Below, one piece after another: positions 26,221-36,552 of a stretch of DNA of 64,000 bases. Positions within the stretch are counted from its first letter, which is position 1. Each line of letters begins with the position of its first letter. This DNA is from a virus, in IMG/VR virus record IMGVR_UViG_3300046170_000494, positions 32,001-96,000 of that record; one strand, written 5' to 3'. A program made the position numbers and the translations under genes. The notes beneath the pieces were generated by a model. The model saw nothing but the letters and a program-made list of their open reading frames with translations, was not told the origin of the DNA and searched no databases.

Positions 26221-26739
26221 ATGGCACACGATTTATTTCCAGATACAAATTTAGGAAAACTTGCGGTAGATATATATGATCAAGAAATTGGTTTTCATGA
26301 ACATGGAGAATCTAGGAATAAAGAAATTGGGTTGATTTCCGGTTGGCTAGAAGGTCATTTGGGAGAACTGAATAATTTAATATTTACTTCTTTTAGTGGT
26401 CAAGATCCTAGCAGTTTTGGTTTAGAGGAACAAGCGATTATCAGGGAAATGTATTTATCTGAATACAACAGAAAAGCTCATAGAAGAGTATTAAGAGGTA
26501 TTGATGGAAGCGATGGAAGCCCTGATTTCAGGATGATCAAAGAAGGAGATTCTGTCATTCAAAGATCAGACAAAAATGCTACAGCCAAAAATTATCACCA
26601 AGCTTACCTTGCTTCCCAAGAAAGAGTCAAAGAGCTTGTGCATGCTTATAATTTATATGGAGCGAAGCCTAATCAAGTTCATGGCAAAGACGCTTCGACA
26701 ACAGGTGTTCATCCAGAAATTGATGGATATTATATGTAG
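26221..26739 (+). CDS. hypothetical protein (possible head-tail adaptor)
   Basis: 172 aa, downstream of MCP; function inferred from position only. Confidence 0.45.
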   Translation: MAHDLFPDTNLGKLAVDIYDQEIGFHEHGESRNKEIGLISGWLEGHLGELNNLIFTSFSGQDPSSFGLEEQAIIREMYLSEYNRKAHRRVLRGIDGSDGSPDFRMIKEGDSVIQRSDKNATAKNYHQAYLASQERVKELVHAYNLYGAKPNQVHGKDASTTGVHPEIDGYYM

Positions 26740-26759
26740 TTTTAAGTGTAATAAATATT

Positions 26760-27275
26760 ATGAGCGAATCAAACGCAGAAACAAATTATAATAATAAAAT
26801 CATTAAGTCTGAGCTTTATAACCTTTGGAAAAAAGCTCGAATAATGTACGATATGGTAAAAGATGATACTGATTTAGAGGATTGGCAAAAGAAAAATATT
26901 CAAGATGCTCATGATTTACTAAATAAATCATTGATGTATACAGAGTATCATGAAATGTTTCCAAATAAAACAGAAGAGATGGTTGAAAGTGAAAACGATA
27001 AAAATAATTTCCTTTCTAATCAGGATAAAAGATACCCAACTCCAGCAGCGCAAGAAAGCGGAGATCAATTTATTACAAGATGCATTTTAGATGCGAATAT
27101 GAAAAAAAGATACCCTGTTCAAGGAGATAGATTTTCTGCTTGTATGGTTATATTTAACGAAAATAAAAATAAAGTTAGCGAAGATTTGCATAATAATCCC
27201 GGAGAAAAATTTGAAGACCCTATGGAAACAAAAGATCCTGAGATTAAAGATCCTGTTAAGCCCATACTTCCTTAA
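26760..27275 (+). CDS. hypothetical protein with FxxRC...R.SAC motif
   Basis: YPTPAAQESGDQFITRCILD...YPVQGDRFSAC, similar to 12782-12934. Confidence 0.65.
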   Translation: MSESNAETNYNNKIIKSELYNLWKKARIMYDMVKDDTDLEDWQKKNIQDAHDLLNKSLMYTEYHEMFPNKTEEMVESENDKNNFLSNQDKRYPTPAAQESGDQFITRCILDANMKKRYPVQGDRFSACMVIFNENKNKVSEDLHNNPGEKFEDPMETKDPEIKDPVKPILP

Positions 27276-29715
27276 TTTTAAAAGAAACTTTATTTTTTAG
27301 ATAAGAGAATTTTATTTCAGAATTATCATCTAATTCTTTAGATAAAAGAAGTTTCGATAGTTCATTTTCAATATTTTTTTGAATTAATCTTTTTACTGGC
27401 CTTGCTCCCATTTTTTCTTTCTTTGCTTCTTCTGCTATATAATTAATTATAGATGCAGTTCCTTTTATAGTTATATTTCTTTCCTTGAGTTTATCTGATA
27501 TTTTTTGCATTTCTAAATTAACTATTTTCTTTAGCTGTGGAATATCAAAATCTTGAAATAAGATTATTTCATTCAACCTATTTAGGAACTCTGGCTTAAA
27601 AAACACCTTGAGCTCGGTCATGAGCTTGTCTTTTAGTTGCGCCGATGATTCTGCTTGACTAAAACCTATTACTGGTTTCGATACTTTTTCGCTGCCTATA
27701 TTTCCAGTGAGTATAATTATACAATTATTAAAGTTAACCTTGCGCCCAGAATTGTCTGTAACAAAACCTTCTTCTAAGATTTGTAATAATATGTTTAGAA
27801 CATCTGGGTGCGCTTTTTCTACTTCATCAAATAATATAACACTGTAGGGATTCCTTCTTACTTTTTCAGTTAATTCTCCACCTTCTTCATAACCTACGTA
27901 ACCAGGAGAAGCCCCTATCAATCTGCTTGCTGATATCTTTTCGGAGAATTCACTCATATCTAATTGTATTAATTTATCTGCGCCTCCATATATGAATTCA
28001 GCGATACATTTTGCTGTATAAGTTTTTCCTGTACCACTTGCACCGATCAACATAAAACTTCCAATCGGTTTTCTTGAATCCTGTAAGCCGGATTTAGATC
28101 TTAATATAGACTCACATATTTCTTCTAGCGCTTCAGATTGACCTATGATTTTGTTTTTTAAAGACTTAAAGAGTCCTAACATTTTCTCTGAATCTTTTTT
28201 AGATATTTCTTTAATCGGTACTCCTGTACGAGAAGATATTACTTCATAAATATCTTTTTCTGAAACAGAAACTCTGGTTTTTATTGTTTTCTTTGCCCAT
28301 TTTTCGATGACTTTATCATATTCTTCGAGAAGATCTAACTGCTTTTCTTGATTTAAGAAATTTTTTGCGTCTAACAGGCTTGCTTGCGATTCATGGATTG
28401 CGATTTCTTCTAATTCTTTTTCTATTTCTTTTGCCCTTTTTGGTCTAGTTATATTTTTTATTTTTACTTTAGATCCAGCTTGATCCATTACGTCTATAGC
28501 TTTATCTGGGAATTGTTTATCAAGCATATATCTTGAAGTTAATTCTACTATTAAATCTAAAACTTCTTCAGAATAACTGATGCTATGAAAGCTTTCATAC
28601 TTATTTTTTATTCCTAAAATTATTTCTCTGGTTTCTTCCTTTGAAGGTTCGATAACTTTAACTGCTTGAAACCTTCTGTCTAGAGCTCCGTCTTTGAGTA
28701 TTGTTTTTTTGTATTCATTTTGAGTAGTCGCTCCGATACATTTGATTTCTCCTCTAGCAAGTAAAGGCTTTAGTAAATTAGCTGCATCCATTCCCCCTTC
28801 TGCGTTTCCGGCTCCAACTAGAGTATGTATTTCATCTATAAATAAAATAACATTTGGATCTTTCTTAGCTTCATCAATTATACCTTTTAACCTCTCTTCA
28901 AATTGACCTCTATATTTTGTGCCAGCTATAAGAGATCCTAGGTCTAAGGAATATATTATTTTGCCCAAAAGAAAATCTGGGGCTTCGCTTTTGACTATTT
29001 TTTGAGATAAACCTTCGACTATAGCGGTTTTCCCTACTCCAGGCTCCCCGAGTAGTACTGGGTTGTTTTTAGTTCTTCTGCACAAAATTTCACAAGCCAT
29101 ATCTATTTCTTGTTGTTTTCCAATAATATTGTCAAATTTACCTTTTAACGCTAATACGTTAAAATTAACTGCATGTTTATCAAGGAAGTTTGAAGTTTCT
29201 TTTGTTTTAGGGGCAGGAGTAGTTTTTGGTTTCGAAGAAGGCTTCGCGTAATTATTAGAATGATCTTTTGAAAGATGTAAATATTCCCTAACTTCCGCAA
29301 TAATATCATCTGCAGAAGCATTAAATAAAGAAAAGTAATAGGGAACTGAAGACTCTTCATACTTTAATAATGCAAGTAACATATGCTCAATTCCTACGTA
29401 TTCATGTTCTAGTTTTTCACTAATAGAAGCTGCGACTTTAAGTATAACGTGAAAATGCTCATCATATACAGGTTCTTCATCGGTTAAGGATTCTGAAGCA
29501 GTTTTTATGAAATCTTCTTCTAGTTGATCTTTTATTAACCCTTGATCTATGTTTAGTAAAAATAATATTTCCGATAAAATTCCAGCATTAAGTTGAATCA
29601 TTCCGTAAAATAAATGATCTAATGTCACAAATTGATGATTATAGTCTGTCGCTGTAGATTTAGCTTTATTAATTGCCTGCTGCGCTCTCGGCGTAAAATT
29701 AGGTCTTGGTGTCAT
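27256..29715 (-). CDS. clpC: ClpC/ClpA-type AAA+ unfoldase
   Basis: Two Clp-N repeats; [33 protein letters not shown]; IGF loop; start at 29715 or 29721. Confidence 0.9.
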   Translation of the reverse strand: MTPRPNFTPRAQQAINKAKSTATDYNHQFVTLDHLFYGMIQLNAGILSEILFLLNIDQGLIKDQLEEDFIKTASESLTDEEPVYDEHFHVILKVAASISEKLEHEYVGIEHMLLALLKYEESSVPYYFSLFNASADDIIAEVREYLHLSKDHSNNYAKPSSKPKTTPAPKTKETSNFLDKHAVNFNVLALKGKFDNIIGKQQEIDMACEILCRRTKNNPVLLGEPGVGKTAIVEGLSQKIVKSEAPDFLLGKIIYSLDLGSLIAGTKYRGQFEERLKGIIDEAKKDPNVILFIDEIHTLVGAGNAEGGMDAANLLKPLLARGEIKCIGATTQNEYKKTILKDGALDRRFQAVKVIEPSKEETREIILGIKNKYESFHSISYSEEVLDLIVELTSRYMLDKQFPDKAIDVMDQAGSKVKIKNITRPKRAKEIEKELEEIAIHESQASLLDAKNFLNQEKQLDLLEEYDKVIEKWAKKTIKTRVSVSEKDIYEVISSRTGVPIKEISKKDSEKMLGLFKSLKNKIIGQSEALEEICESILRSKSGLQDSRKPIGSFMLIGASGTGKTYTAKCIAEFIYGGADKLIQLDMSEFSEKISASRLIGASPGYVGYEEGGELTEKVRRNPYSVILFDEVEKAHPDVLNILLQILEEGFVTDNSGRKVNFNNCIIILTGNIGSEKVSKPVIGFSQAESSAQLKDKLMTELKVFFKPEFLNRLNEIILFQDFDIPQLKKIVNLEMQKISDKLKERNITIKGTASIINYIAEEAKKEKMGARPVKRLIQKNIENELSKLLLSKELDDNSEIKFSYLKNKVSFKIKEVWA

Positions 29716-29737
29716 TTTCATATTATTACACGTTAAA

Positions 29738-32296
29738 CTATTTAACTTCAGACATTTTCATATATATCTTTTCGTCCATTATAGCTAAAGAATCTAAAAA
29801 AACTATATCTTCTCCTTTTCTTCCATACGCTACTATTATACTCTTTTTTGATGGAGTTTTCTTCTTAGAATCAAAATATCTGTCATAAAAATTACCTCTT
29901 CGAGAATTTAAAAGCATAGCGTCATATTTACCATGTTCGTCTGTAATTGAGAGTTTCATATATTTATTTCCGTTACGAGAAGTTCTTTTGATACAATCTT
30001 CTACAACTCCGATAAATTTACCTTTATCATCTGAATTCATAAGATTTAAATCCCTTGAGTCTTTTAACGCCTCGTAGGAATCCATAAAGCATGATTTTAA
30101 CGAAGAGCTATGACTATATCCAAGTAACTCTGTTTCAAAATACCAGTTAGCAAATCCTTGATACATTTTATTTTTATCATAAATTGTTTTGTATAAATCG
30201 TATTTTTTCTTGAATGTTTTAAATCTAGATTCTTTCATTAATGGTTTCCCATCATCTCCTACTAAATCTCCTTTTTTAGCATCTGCTATACAATTTAAAA
30301 GCTTATATTCATACTTTTCGCCAAGAGCAATAAAATTACGTTTCTCTCTGTCTGTCAATAAGTTAAATGCTTGAGCTTCTAAAACCATTAGAGATCTATT
30401 TTTACCTTTACTCTCTAGCGCTCCCGCTTGAATTAATGCACTAAGAATACCGATATTAAGCCCAGCTTGCTTTGCCGCAAGAAAAATATCATACTTTGTG
30501 GGCGTTTCGCTAGAACGAAAGTCTCTAAGAGATTCTAAGGACTTTTCGCTCACCCCCTTAATGCTATTTAAACCAAATCTTATATCCTTACCTTCAATAG
30601 AAAAATCCATGCCAGACTTAGCTAAATCTGGAGACAATAACTTGATTCCAAAGTTAGATAATTCTTGGCATACTTTAGCTATTTCTTCTTGCGGAGATGG
30701 CTCATATTTAGTCATTTTCAATAAAGATATGAAAAACTGCTGTGGATAATTAAACTTGAGATAAGTGGTCCAAGCAGATAGAGTTGCATATGCAAGAGAG
30801 TGTGATTTATTGAATGAATAATTCGCGCTATCTTCCGCTACGCTCCACAAAATGTGAGATATTTCTCTAGGCAGATCATTTTGCTCAACTTTATCTTCAA
30901 TCTTCTTTTTCCAAGCAGGCATTTGATCAACCTTTTTCTTACCTACAATCCTTCTGAGTTGCTCCGCTTCATCAAGAGTGAATCCAACTTTAACTGCCAT
31001 TTGCATCAATTGCTCTTGGTAAAGAGGGATTCCTCCCGTATAGTCTAAAACATCACTAAAAAATTCATGAATAACCTGAGCTTCCTCTGTTTCAGAATAT
31101 GTAGCATAGTTATCTAAAAATTCCAATGCTCCTGGCCTTCCAATCGCTACAACTGCGCTGAGCTGCTCTAGGTCTTTTGGCTTGATTTTCTTACACACCC
31201 TATAGTTTGTATCAGACTCAAGCTGAAAAAGCCCGTGAGGCGCCTTAAGGCCTTGTAGAGGCTTATATACGTCTGCGTCATTCAAATCCACGGAGGAAAT
31301 ATCTATATCTAGATTCCGGCATACGTCGTAAATCACGCTCAATGTTCTTAGGCCTAAGATATCGAACTTCACCATTAATTCTGCAACCCAATTCATGTCA
31401 TATCCGGTGACTAAAGCCCCATCATTTGATTTTTGAATTGGACAAATATCTGTGATTTTTTGAAAAGAAATTGCAATACCACTAGGATGAACTCCCGTGT
31501 TTTTGTTTAAACCTTCTAATTTAAGAGCAATCTCAAATACTTCTGGATTACTTGCTGCCCAATCTGCGAATTTTTCACTTTCTTCTATTGCAGACGAAAT
31601 TGGCATAACAACTCCGAACTTTTTGGGAATAGTGTCACTAACTTCATTCACCTCTTGCTCGGAAAATTCCCCAACAATTTTTCCACACTCTTTCACGCAA
31701 AGCTTTCCGCTCAAGGTGTTTAGTGTTAATATTTTAGCTGTACGAGCGGGATGTTTTTTTTCGATATATTCTATAACTTCAACCCTTCTTTCGTAGGCTA
31801 TGTCGTTATCTACATCCGCTAAAAGACTTCCATCTAAATAAATTTCTCCATCTTTTTCTATTTTTCTTGCCCTACTCTTTGAAACAAAACGCTCAAAGAA
31901 AAGGCTATATTTCACCGGGTCTACATCTGTGACTCCAATTAGATAAAGAACCAAAGAGCCTGCAGCAGACCCTCTTCCTGGACCTGTAGGTATATCATTT
32001 TCGTGACAATAGTTTATTATGTCCCAATTTAATAAAATATAATCTATAAACCCTAGCTCATCTAAGATTTTAAGCTCTGATTTTGCTCTATCAAAATATT
32101 CTTTCTTATTTTTAAATTTATCTATGCCTCTATCATAAACTCCTTTATGGCATAGCTTACGTAGAAAGTCGAAGTTTGAAATATCTTCTGATGCATCAAG
32201 CATTTCATAGTATTTCTTTTCGATTTTAATTTCTGGTAATTTTACGCCTGGAGGCGCACAATCTTCGTAATCTGTAAACTGTTCTGTAAAACTCAT
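29738..32296 (-). CDS. dnaE: DNA polymerase III alpha catalytic core (no PHP domain)
   Basis: GPGRGSAAGSLV, DVDND, HPSG, KFDILGL, LYQEQLM, YSFNKSH, C-terminal OB fold; TAATG-coupled start at 32296. Confidence 0.95.
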   Translation of the reverse strand: MSFTEQFTDYEDCAPPGVKLPEIKIEKKYYEMLDASEDISNFDFLRKLCHKGVYDRGIDKFKNKKEYFDRAKSELKILDELGFIDYILLNWDIINYCHENDIPTGPGRGSAAGSLVLYLIGVTDVDPVKYSLFFERFVSKSRARKIEKDGEIYLDGSLLADVDNDIAYERRVEVIEYIEKKHPARTAKILTLNTLSGKLCVKECGKIVGEFSEQEVNEVSDTIPKKFGVVMPISSAIEESEKFADWAASNPEVFEIALKLEGLNKNTGVHPSGIAISFQKITDICPIQKSNDGALVTGYDMNWVAELMVKFDILGLRTLSVIYDVCRNLDIDISSVDLNDADVYKPLQGLKAPHGLFQLESDTNYRVCKKIKPKDLEQLSAVVAIGRPGALEFLDNYATYSETEEAQVIHEFFSDVLDYTGGIPLYQEQLMQMAVKVGFTLDEAEQLRRIVGKKKVDQMPAWKKKIEDKVEQNDLPREISHILWSVAEDSANYSFNKSHSLAYATLSAWTTYLKFNYPQQFFISLLKMTKYEPSPQEEIAKVCQELSNFGIKLLSPDLAKSGMDFSIEGKDIRFGLNSIKGVSEKSLESLRDFRSSETPTKYDIFLAAKQAGLNIGILSALIQAGALESKGKNRSLMVLEAQAFNLLTDREKRNFIALGEKYEYKLLNCIADAKKGDLVGDDGKPLMKESRFKTFKKKYDLYKTIYDKNKMYQGFANWYFETELLGYSHSSSLKSCFMDSYEALKDSRDLNLMNSDDKGKFIGVVEDCIKRTSRNGNKYMKLSITDEHGKYDAMLLNSRRGNFYDRYFDSKKKTPSKKSIIVAYGRKGEDIVFLDSLAIMDEKIYMKMSEVK

Positions 32297-32940
32297 TATA
32301 CTTCTATCTCCCATATCATTTTTTTGAATACTTCGTAGTTAACTCTAATGTCATATAGGGCATCATGCAATTTTTTCTCATCAAAGTCAATATCAAAATC
32401 TTTGCAACATTGCTTAAGATTACAACTTAAACCCCTCTCAATCAGGTGGTTCAGTCGATATTGCCATGCTAAAAAATTATCGTCTTTGTCTAATCTAATT
32501 CTTTTCTTTAGAGCTTTTGCTAGGCAAAGAGTGTCTACTAAATGTTCTGTGTAGCTAAAATCAGTTTCTGCATTTTCATCAATTAATTTGCGATGAACAT
32601 TATGCATATATACATCAAACCCTAGTAAATTGTGACCAACTTTAAGATAAGAATCATCATACAGATATTTTTCGAAATGATCTAATGCAGCTTTGGGGCA
32701 TGTAGCTTTTTTCTTGTACTTTGCTTCTGTAAAACCAGTGATCTTAGCTGCGTCAGGAGAAACATTTAATTCATCCCACTTAAGCCAATAATCTTTTTGC
32801 TCTACAATTTTATTATTTTCTATTACAAGGAATGCTAATTGCCATGGTTTATTGTTGGACACAAGATTTAAATTACATGTTTCATAATCGAACAGTAAAT
32901 ACTTTTTATTCTTTTGAAATCTAAGCAGTGATTCTTTCAT
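32296..32940 (-). CDS. DEDDh 3'-5' exonuclease (epsilon-like)
   Basis: FDYET, GHNLLGFD, HDALYD. Confidence 0.9.
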   Translation of the reverse strand: MKESLLRFQKNKKYLLFDYETCNLNLVSNNKPWQLAFLVIENNKIVEQKDYWLKWDELNVSPDAAKITGFTEAKYKKKATCPKAALDHFEKYLYDDSYLKVGHNLLGFDVYMHNVHRKLIDENAETDFSYTEHLVDTLCLAKALKKRIRLDKDDNFLAWQYRLNHLIERGLSCNLKQCCKDFDIDFDEKKLHDALYDIRVNYEVFKKMIWEIEV

Positions 32941-33694
32941 TTTTTTCCTTCCAGCTTTCGAAGCAAAATTCATTGCTGCCGAAATGATCTAAGTTTGGTT
33001 TTGATAATGTTTTATTGCCGAAAGTACGGCCTGTAATGCACTTATAGGTTTGTAATGCCTGCACATCTTTTTTCTTATTATAATAAATGCTCTTCGTTTG
33101 TTGTAATGTCATATTGTTTTTGCCGGCATATTCCTTAACTTTACTTGCTACGAAGTTGTCAAAAGGTAATGAATTGTTTTCTATAAAAAGCGTTGGCTTG
33201 CAAAAATCAAAATTTGGCGTGCAGTTACAAAATTTAATTAAATTATTAAATATAAATGAATCATAAAATGGGATTGCCATTAATAGATCTTTATTATTCC
33301 AGAATCTTTTGAGTGTTTTTCTGTCTACGCAGTTATAGTTCTCTGTATAAGCTGCACTAGAAATATTATTTAATAATTTACATCCTTTTGAGTTTTTTGC
33401 AAAAATAATAATTTTGTGAGAGCATTGTTGGTTTTCTTCTTTTGGGTTAACTTTCGCATCTTCCTTCATGTCAATCCTTAATCCAAAAATTAATTTTAAG
33501 CCAAGATTATCCGCTTGCTTTTTAGCTTGCAGGAATCCTGTGAGAGAATCTTCTACAAGAACTACTTCTTTTAATTTATTTTCTGTAGCAATTGTAAAAA
33601 CGCTGTCCGACTTACCTTCTTTATGTGTAATTGGATCTTCAAGCGTTAATATACTTTTGCCAATAGAAAAGTGGCTTTTGAATAATGGTATCAT
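32921..33694 (-). CDS. PHP domain of DNA polymerase III alpha as a separate ORF
   Basis: PLFKSHFSIGKSIL ... VEDSLTGF ... LIFGL ... IIFAKNSKGCKLL resembles the DnaE PHP domain; TTGACA(33725-30)-N17-TAGAAT(33702-07). Confidence 0.8.
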   Translation of the reverse strand: MIPLFKSHFSIGKSILTLEDPITHKEGKSDSVFTIATENKLKEVVLVEDSLTGFLQAKKQADNLGLKLIFGLRIDMKEDAKVNPKEENQQCSHKIIIFAKNSKGCKLLNNISSAAYTENYNCVDRKTLKRFWNNKDLLMAIPFYDSFIFNNLIKFCNCTPNFDFCKPTLFIENNSLPFDNFVASKVKEYAGKNNMTLQQTKSIYYNKKKDVQALQTYKCITGRTFGNKTLSKPNLDHFGSNEFCFESWKEKNERITA

Positions 33695-33763
33695 GCTATC
33701 TATTCTATAATAAATACAGTTCAATGTCAAGAAAGAAAAGTTGTTAACAGCTATATATTCCTA

Positions 33764-33792
33764 TTGACAATTACCCCCTCAAATGTTAATAT
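33764..33792 (+). promoter_or_regulatory. sigma70-type promoter of nrdA
   Basis: TTGACA-N17-TAATAT with TGn extension; back-to-back with the minus-strand polymerase promoter. Confidence 0.75.
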
Positions 33793-33804
33793 TTTAAACA
33801 CAAT

Positions 33805-36240
33805 ATGGATATAAAAGTAAAAAAACGAAACGGACGTCTTCAAGACTTTAATGTCGAGAAAATTAATGCTAATGTTGAACGCGCATGTAACGATATCGCT
33901 GATGTATCAGTAAGTGAAATCGTGCTAGATGCTCAACTTCAATTATACGACAAGATCACAACCAAGGAAATTGATACAGCTCTTATATTAAGCGCTCGAG
34001 AAAAGATCGAAAAGGAGCCTAACTATAGTTACGCCGCAGGTAGACTACTACTGAATACAGTATATAAAGAAGTTTTTAAAGAAGGTGTTGATAGTGACGC
34101 GTTCAGGCTTCAATACAGAAAGAGCTTTATTCAAGGAATAAAAAAGCTCGTTAAGGGTGGTAAGCTTAATACTAGAATGTTGGAATACGATTTAGGGAAG
34201 CTTTCTGAAGCTATTCGTATTCGTAGAGATAACTCTTTTAAATATTTGGGTATACAAATTTTAACAGATAGGTATTTTATTCGAGAAGACGATAAAATCA
34301 TGGAGGCTCCTCAGTCTTTTTGGATGAGAGTCGCAATGGGCTTAGCGCTAAACGAAGAAAACAAAGAGGATTGGGCGATTAAATATTATGATATGTTTAG
34401 TCAATTTTTATATACTTCTTCGACCCCTACTCTTTTTAATAGTGGAACGGTCAGATCTCAATTAAGCTCATGTTATTTAAACACTTTTGATGACAGTATT
34501 GATGGTATTTTTGACGGTGCTTGGCAAGAGGCTCGTAAGAGTAAATATGCTGGAGGCCTAGGTCTTGATGTAACCCCTTTTAGGTCAACAGGTTCACACA
34601 TTAAAGGGACTAACGGTGTTTCTAGCGGACTTGTACCGTGGCTTAAGATATACAATGATCTCCTCGTAGCAGTAAATCAAGGAGGTAAGCGTCCAGGTGC
34701 TGGATGTGCTTATCTAGAGCCTTGGCATTTAGATTTTGAAGACTTTTTAAACTTAAGGAGGAACACTGGGGATGACAGGTTGAGGTGTCATGATATGAAC
34801 ACCGCTTCTTGGATTCCTGATGAATTTATGCGTAGAGTTCAGAATGAAGATGTTTGGTACTTTTTTGATCCAAAAGAATCTGGACTGCACGATTTGTTTG
34901 GGGCGGAGTTTGATAAAAAGTACAATGAACTATGTAATCAAGCAGAAGAAGGCTTAATTAAAAATTACAGAATAACCCCTGCAAAAGAATTGTGGAAAAA
35001 AATGCTTAAGGTTTTATTTGAAACTTCTCACCCATGGAATACTTTCAAGGATCCGTGCAACATTAGATATACAAATCAACACGAAGGTATTGTTCATAGT
35101 AGTAATTTATGTACAGAAATCACTCTTCACACTAAATCTTCTAAATACGAAAAAGGAGAAAAGACTAATATTGGAGAGACTGCAGTATGTAATCTTGGGT
35201 CAGTCAACCTTCTTAATCATTTAAATGAAGACAATACTTTAGATTATGATAAATTAAAAAATACTATTCACACTGCAATTAGGGCATTAGATAGTGTTGT
35301 CGATCTTAATTTTTATCCAACTAAGGAAGCAGAGGCTAGTAATTTAAGGCATCGCCCTATTGGTTTAGGTATGATGGCTCTTCATGATATTTGTCACAGA
35401 ATGAATATTAATATTGATAGTGATGAAGCTGTAGAGTTTAATGATAAATTATTTGAATTTTATTCTTATCATGCAATATACGCTAGTTCTCTATTGGCGA
35501 AAGAAAAAGGTAGATACGAAACTTTTGATGGGTCTCTGTGGAGCAAAAATATTCTACCTATTGACTCTAATAATAGATTAATGAATTACCGTACAAAATC
35601 CAAGGAATCCGAAAGAGGTGAGGGGGAAAGCATGAAAGATGAATGGCTTGAATTAAGGGCTCATATATCTGAATTTGGCATGCGCAATAGTAATGTTATG
35701 GCTATTGCACCAACAGCTACCATCGGCTATATTAATGGAGTAGAGCAAAGTATAGAACCTAATTTTTCTGTGTTGTTTGTTTATGAAAACAAAAGCGGTA
35801 ATTTCTTTATTACGAATGAACACTTTATTAATGACATGAAAAATGCTGGTTTATGGAATAGCGAAATCGCTAAGCTCGTAAAAAGCGTCGATGGGGACCT
35901 ATCTTTACTAAATGGAGATATTCCATCTGAATTAAAAGAGAAATATAAAACAGCGTTTGATCGCGATATGTTTAAACTAATTGAATGTAATGCGGCTCGC
36001 CAAAAATGGATAGACCAAGCGGTAAGCTTTAATTTATACAATAAATCTACTTCCTTAAAGTATTTAAATGATGTTTATATGTCTTGCTGGGAAGCTGGAT
36101 TAAAAACAACTTATTATCTTCGTAATCGCGCTGCATCCAAAGTAGAAAAAGCTCATAATGATGAAAGCAAAAAAGAAGAACCATCCGCTTGCAGTATAGA
36201 AGCGATGAAGAATGGTGGTACTTGCGAAAGCTGTCAATAG
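33805..36240 (+). CDS. nrdA: class I ribonucleotide reductase alpha subunit with ATP cone
   Basis: VKKRNG ATP cone; STPTLFNSG, LSSCY, SNLCTEI, APTATI, KTTYYLR, C-terminal CxxC. Confidence 0.97.
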   Translation: MDIKVKKRNGRLQDFNVEKINANVERACNDIADVSVSEIVLDAQLQLYDKITTKEIDTALILSAREKIEKEPNYSYAAGRLLLNTVYKEVFKEGVDSDAFRLQYRKSFIQGIKKLVKGGKLNTRMLEYDLGKLSEAIRIRRDNSFKYLGIQILTDRYFIREDDKIMEAPQSFWMRVAMGLALNEENKEDWAIKYYDMFSQFLYTSSTPTLFNSGTVRSQLSSCYLNTFDDSIDGIFDGAWQEARKSKYAGGLGLDVTPFRSTGSHIKGTNGVSSGLVPWLKIYNDLLVAVNQGGKRPGAGCAYLEPWHLDFEDFLNLRRNTGDDRLRCHDMNTASWIPDEFMRRVQNEDVWYFFDPKESGLHDLFGAEFDKKYNELCNQAEEGLIKNYRITPAKELWKKMLKVLFETSHPWNTFKDPCNIRYTNQHEGIVHSSNLCTEITLHTKSSKYEKGEKTNIGETAVCNLGSVNLLNHLNEDNTLDYDKLKNTIHTAIRALDSVVDLNFYPTKEAEASNLRHRPIGLGMMALHDICHRMNINIDSDEAVEFNDKLFEFYSYHAIYASSLLAKEKGRYETFDGSLWSKNILPIDSNNRLMNYRTKSKESERGEGESMKDEWLELRAHISEFGMRNSNVMAIAPTATIGYINGVEQSIEPNFSVLFVYENKSGNFFITNEHFINDMKNAGLWNSEIAKLVKSVDGDLSLLNGDIPSELKEKYKTAFDRDMFKLIECNAARQKWIDQAVSFNLYNKSTSLKYLNDVYMSCWEAGLKTTYYLRNRAASKVEKAHNDESKKEEPSACSIEAMKNGGTCESCQ

Positions 36241-36509
36241 TGAATCGACATCAACATTTAAAAGCTTTTAAAGAAGCTATTGTTAGATGTAAATTAATTA
36301 GAAGAGATCTAAGAAGAATTAATTCTAATATAGATTCTATAAATTATAGAAAAAATAGAGATTACGCTGAAACAGCTTATTTTCAAACATTGGAAGAGAT
36401 AATAGATAGAGGTAAAAAGTATCTTTCTCTAAACCCAGAGGCAGATGAATCAATAAGAGTTGCGATAGATATTGAAAAATATCAGCATCTTTTAGATAAA
36501 TTAGAGTAA
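36240..36509 (+). CDS. hypothetical protein between nrdA and nrdB
   Basis: GTG start overlaps the nrdA TAG. Confidence 0.55.
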   Translation: MNRHQHLKAFKEAIVRCKLIRRDLRRINSNIDSINYRKNRDYAETAYFQTLEEIIDRGKKYLSLNPEADESIRVAIDIEKYQHLLDKLE

Positions 36510-36517
36510 ACTTAATC

Positions 36518-36546
36518 TTGACTTAGAACGTTATTTATTATACAAT
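36518..36546 (+). promoter_or_regulatory. sigma70-type leaderless promoter of nrdB
   Basis: TTGACT-N17-TACAAT; ATG 7 nt after the -10. Confidence 0.8.
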
Positions 36547-36552
36547 AAAACT

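Noticed and set aside
20417-36240. Inteins or introns in terL, dnaE, nrdA
   Set aside because: Lengths are normal, motifs are contiguous, and no splice-junction or homing-endonuclease inserts were seen.
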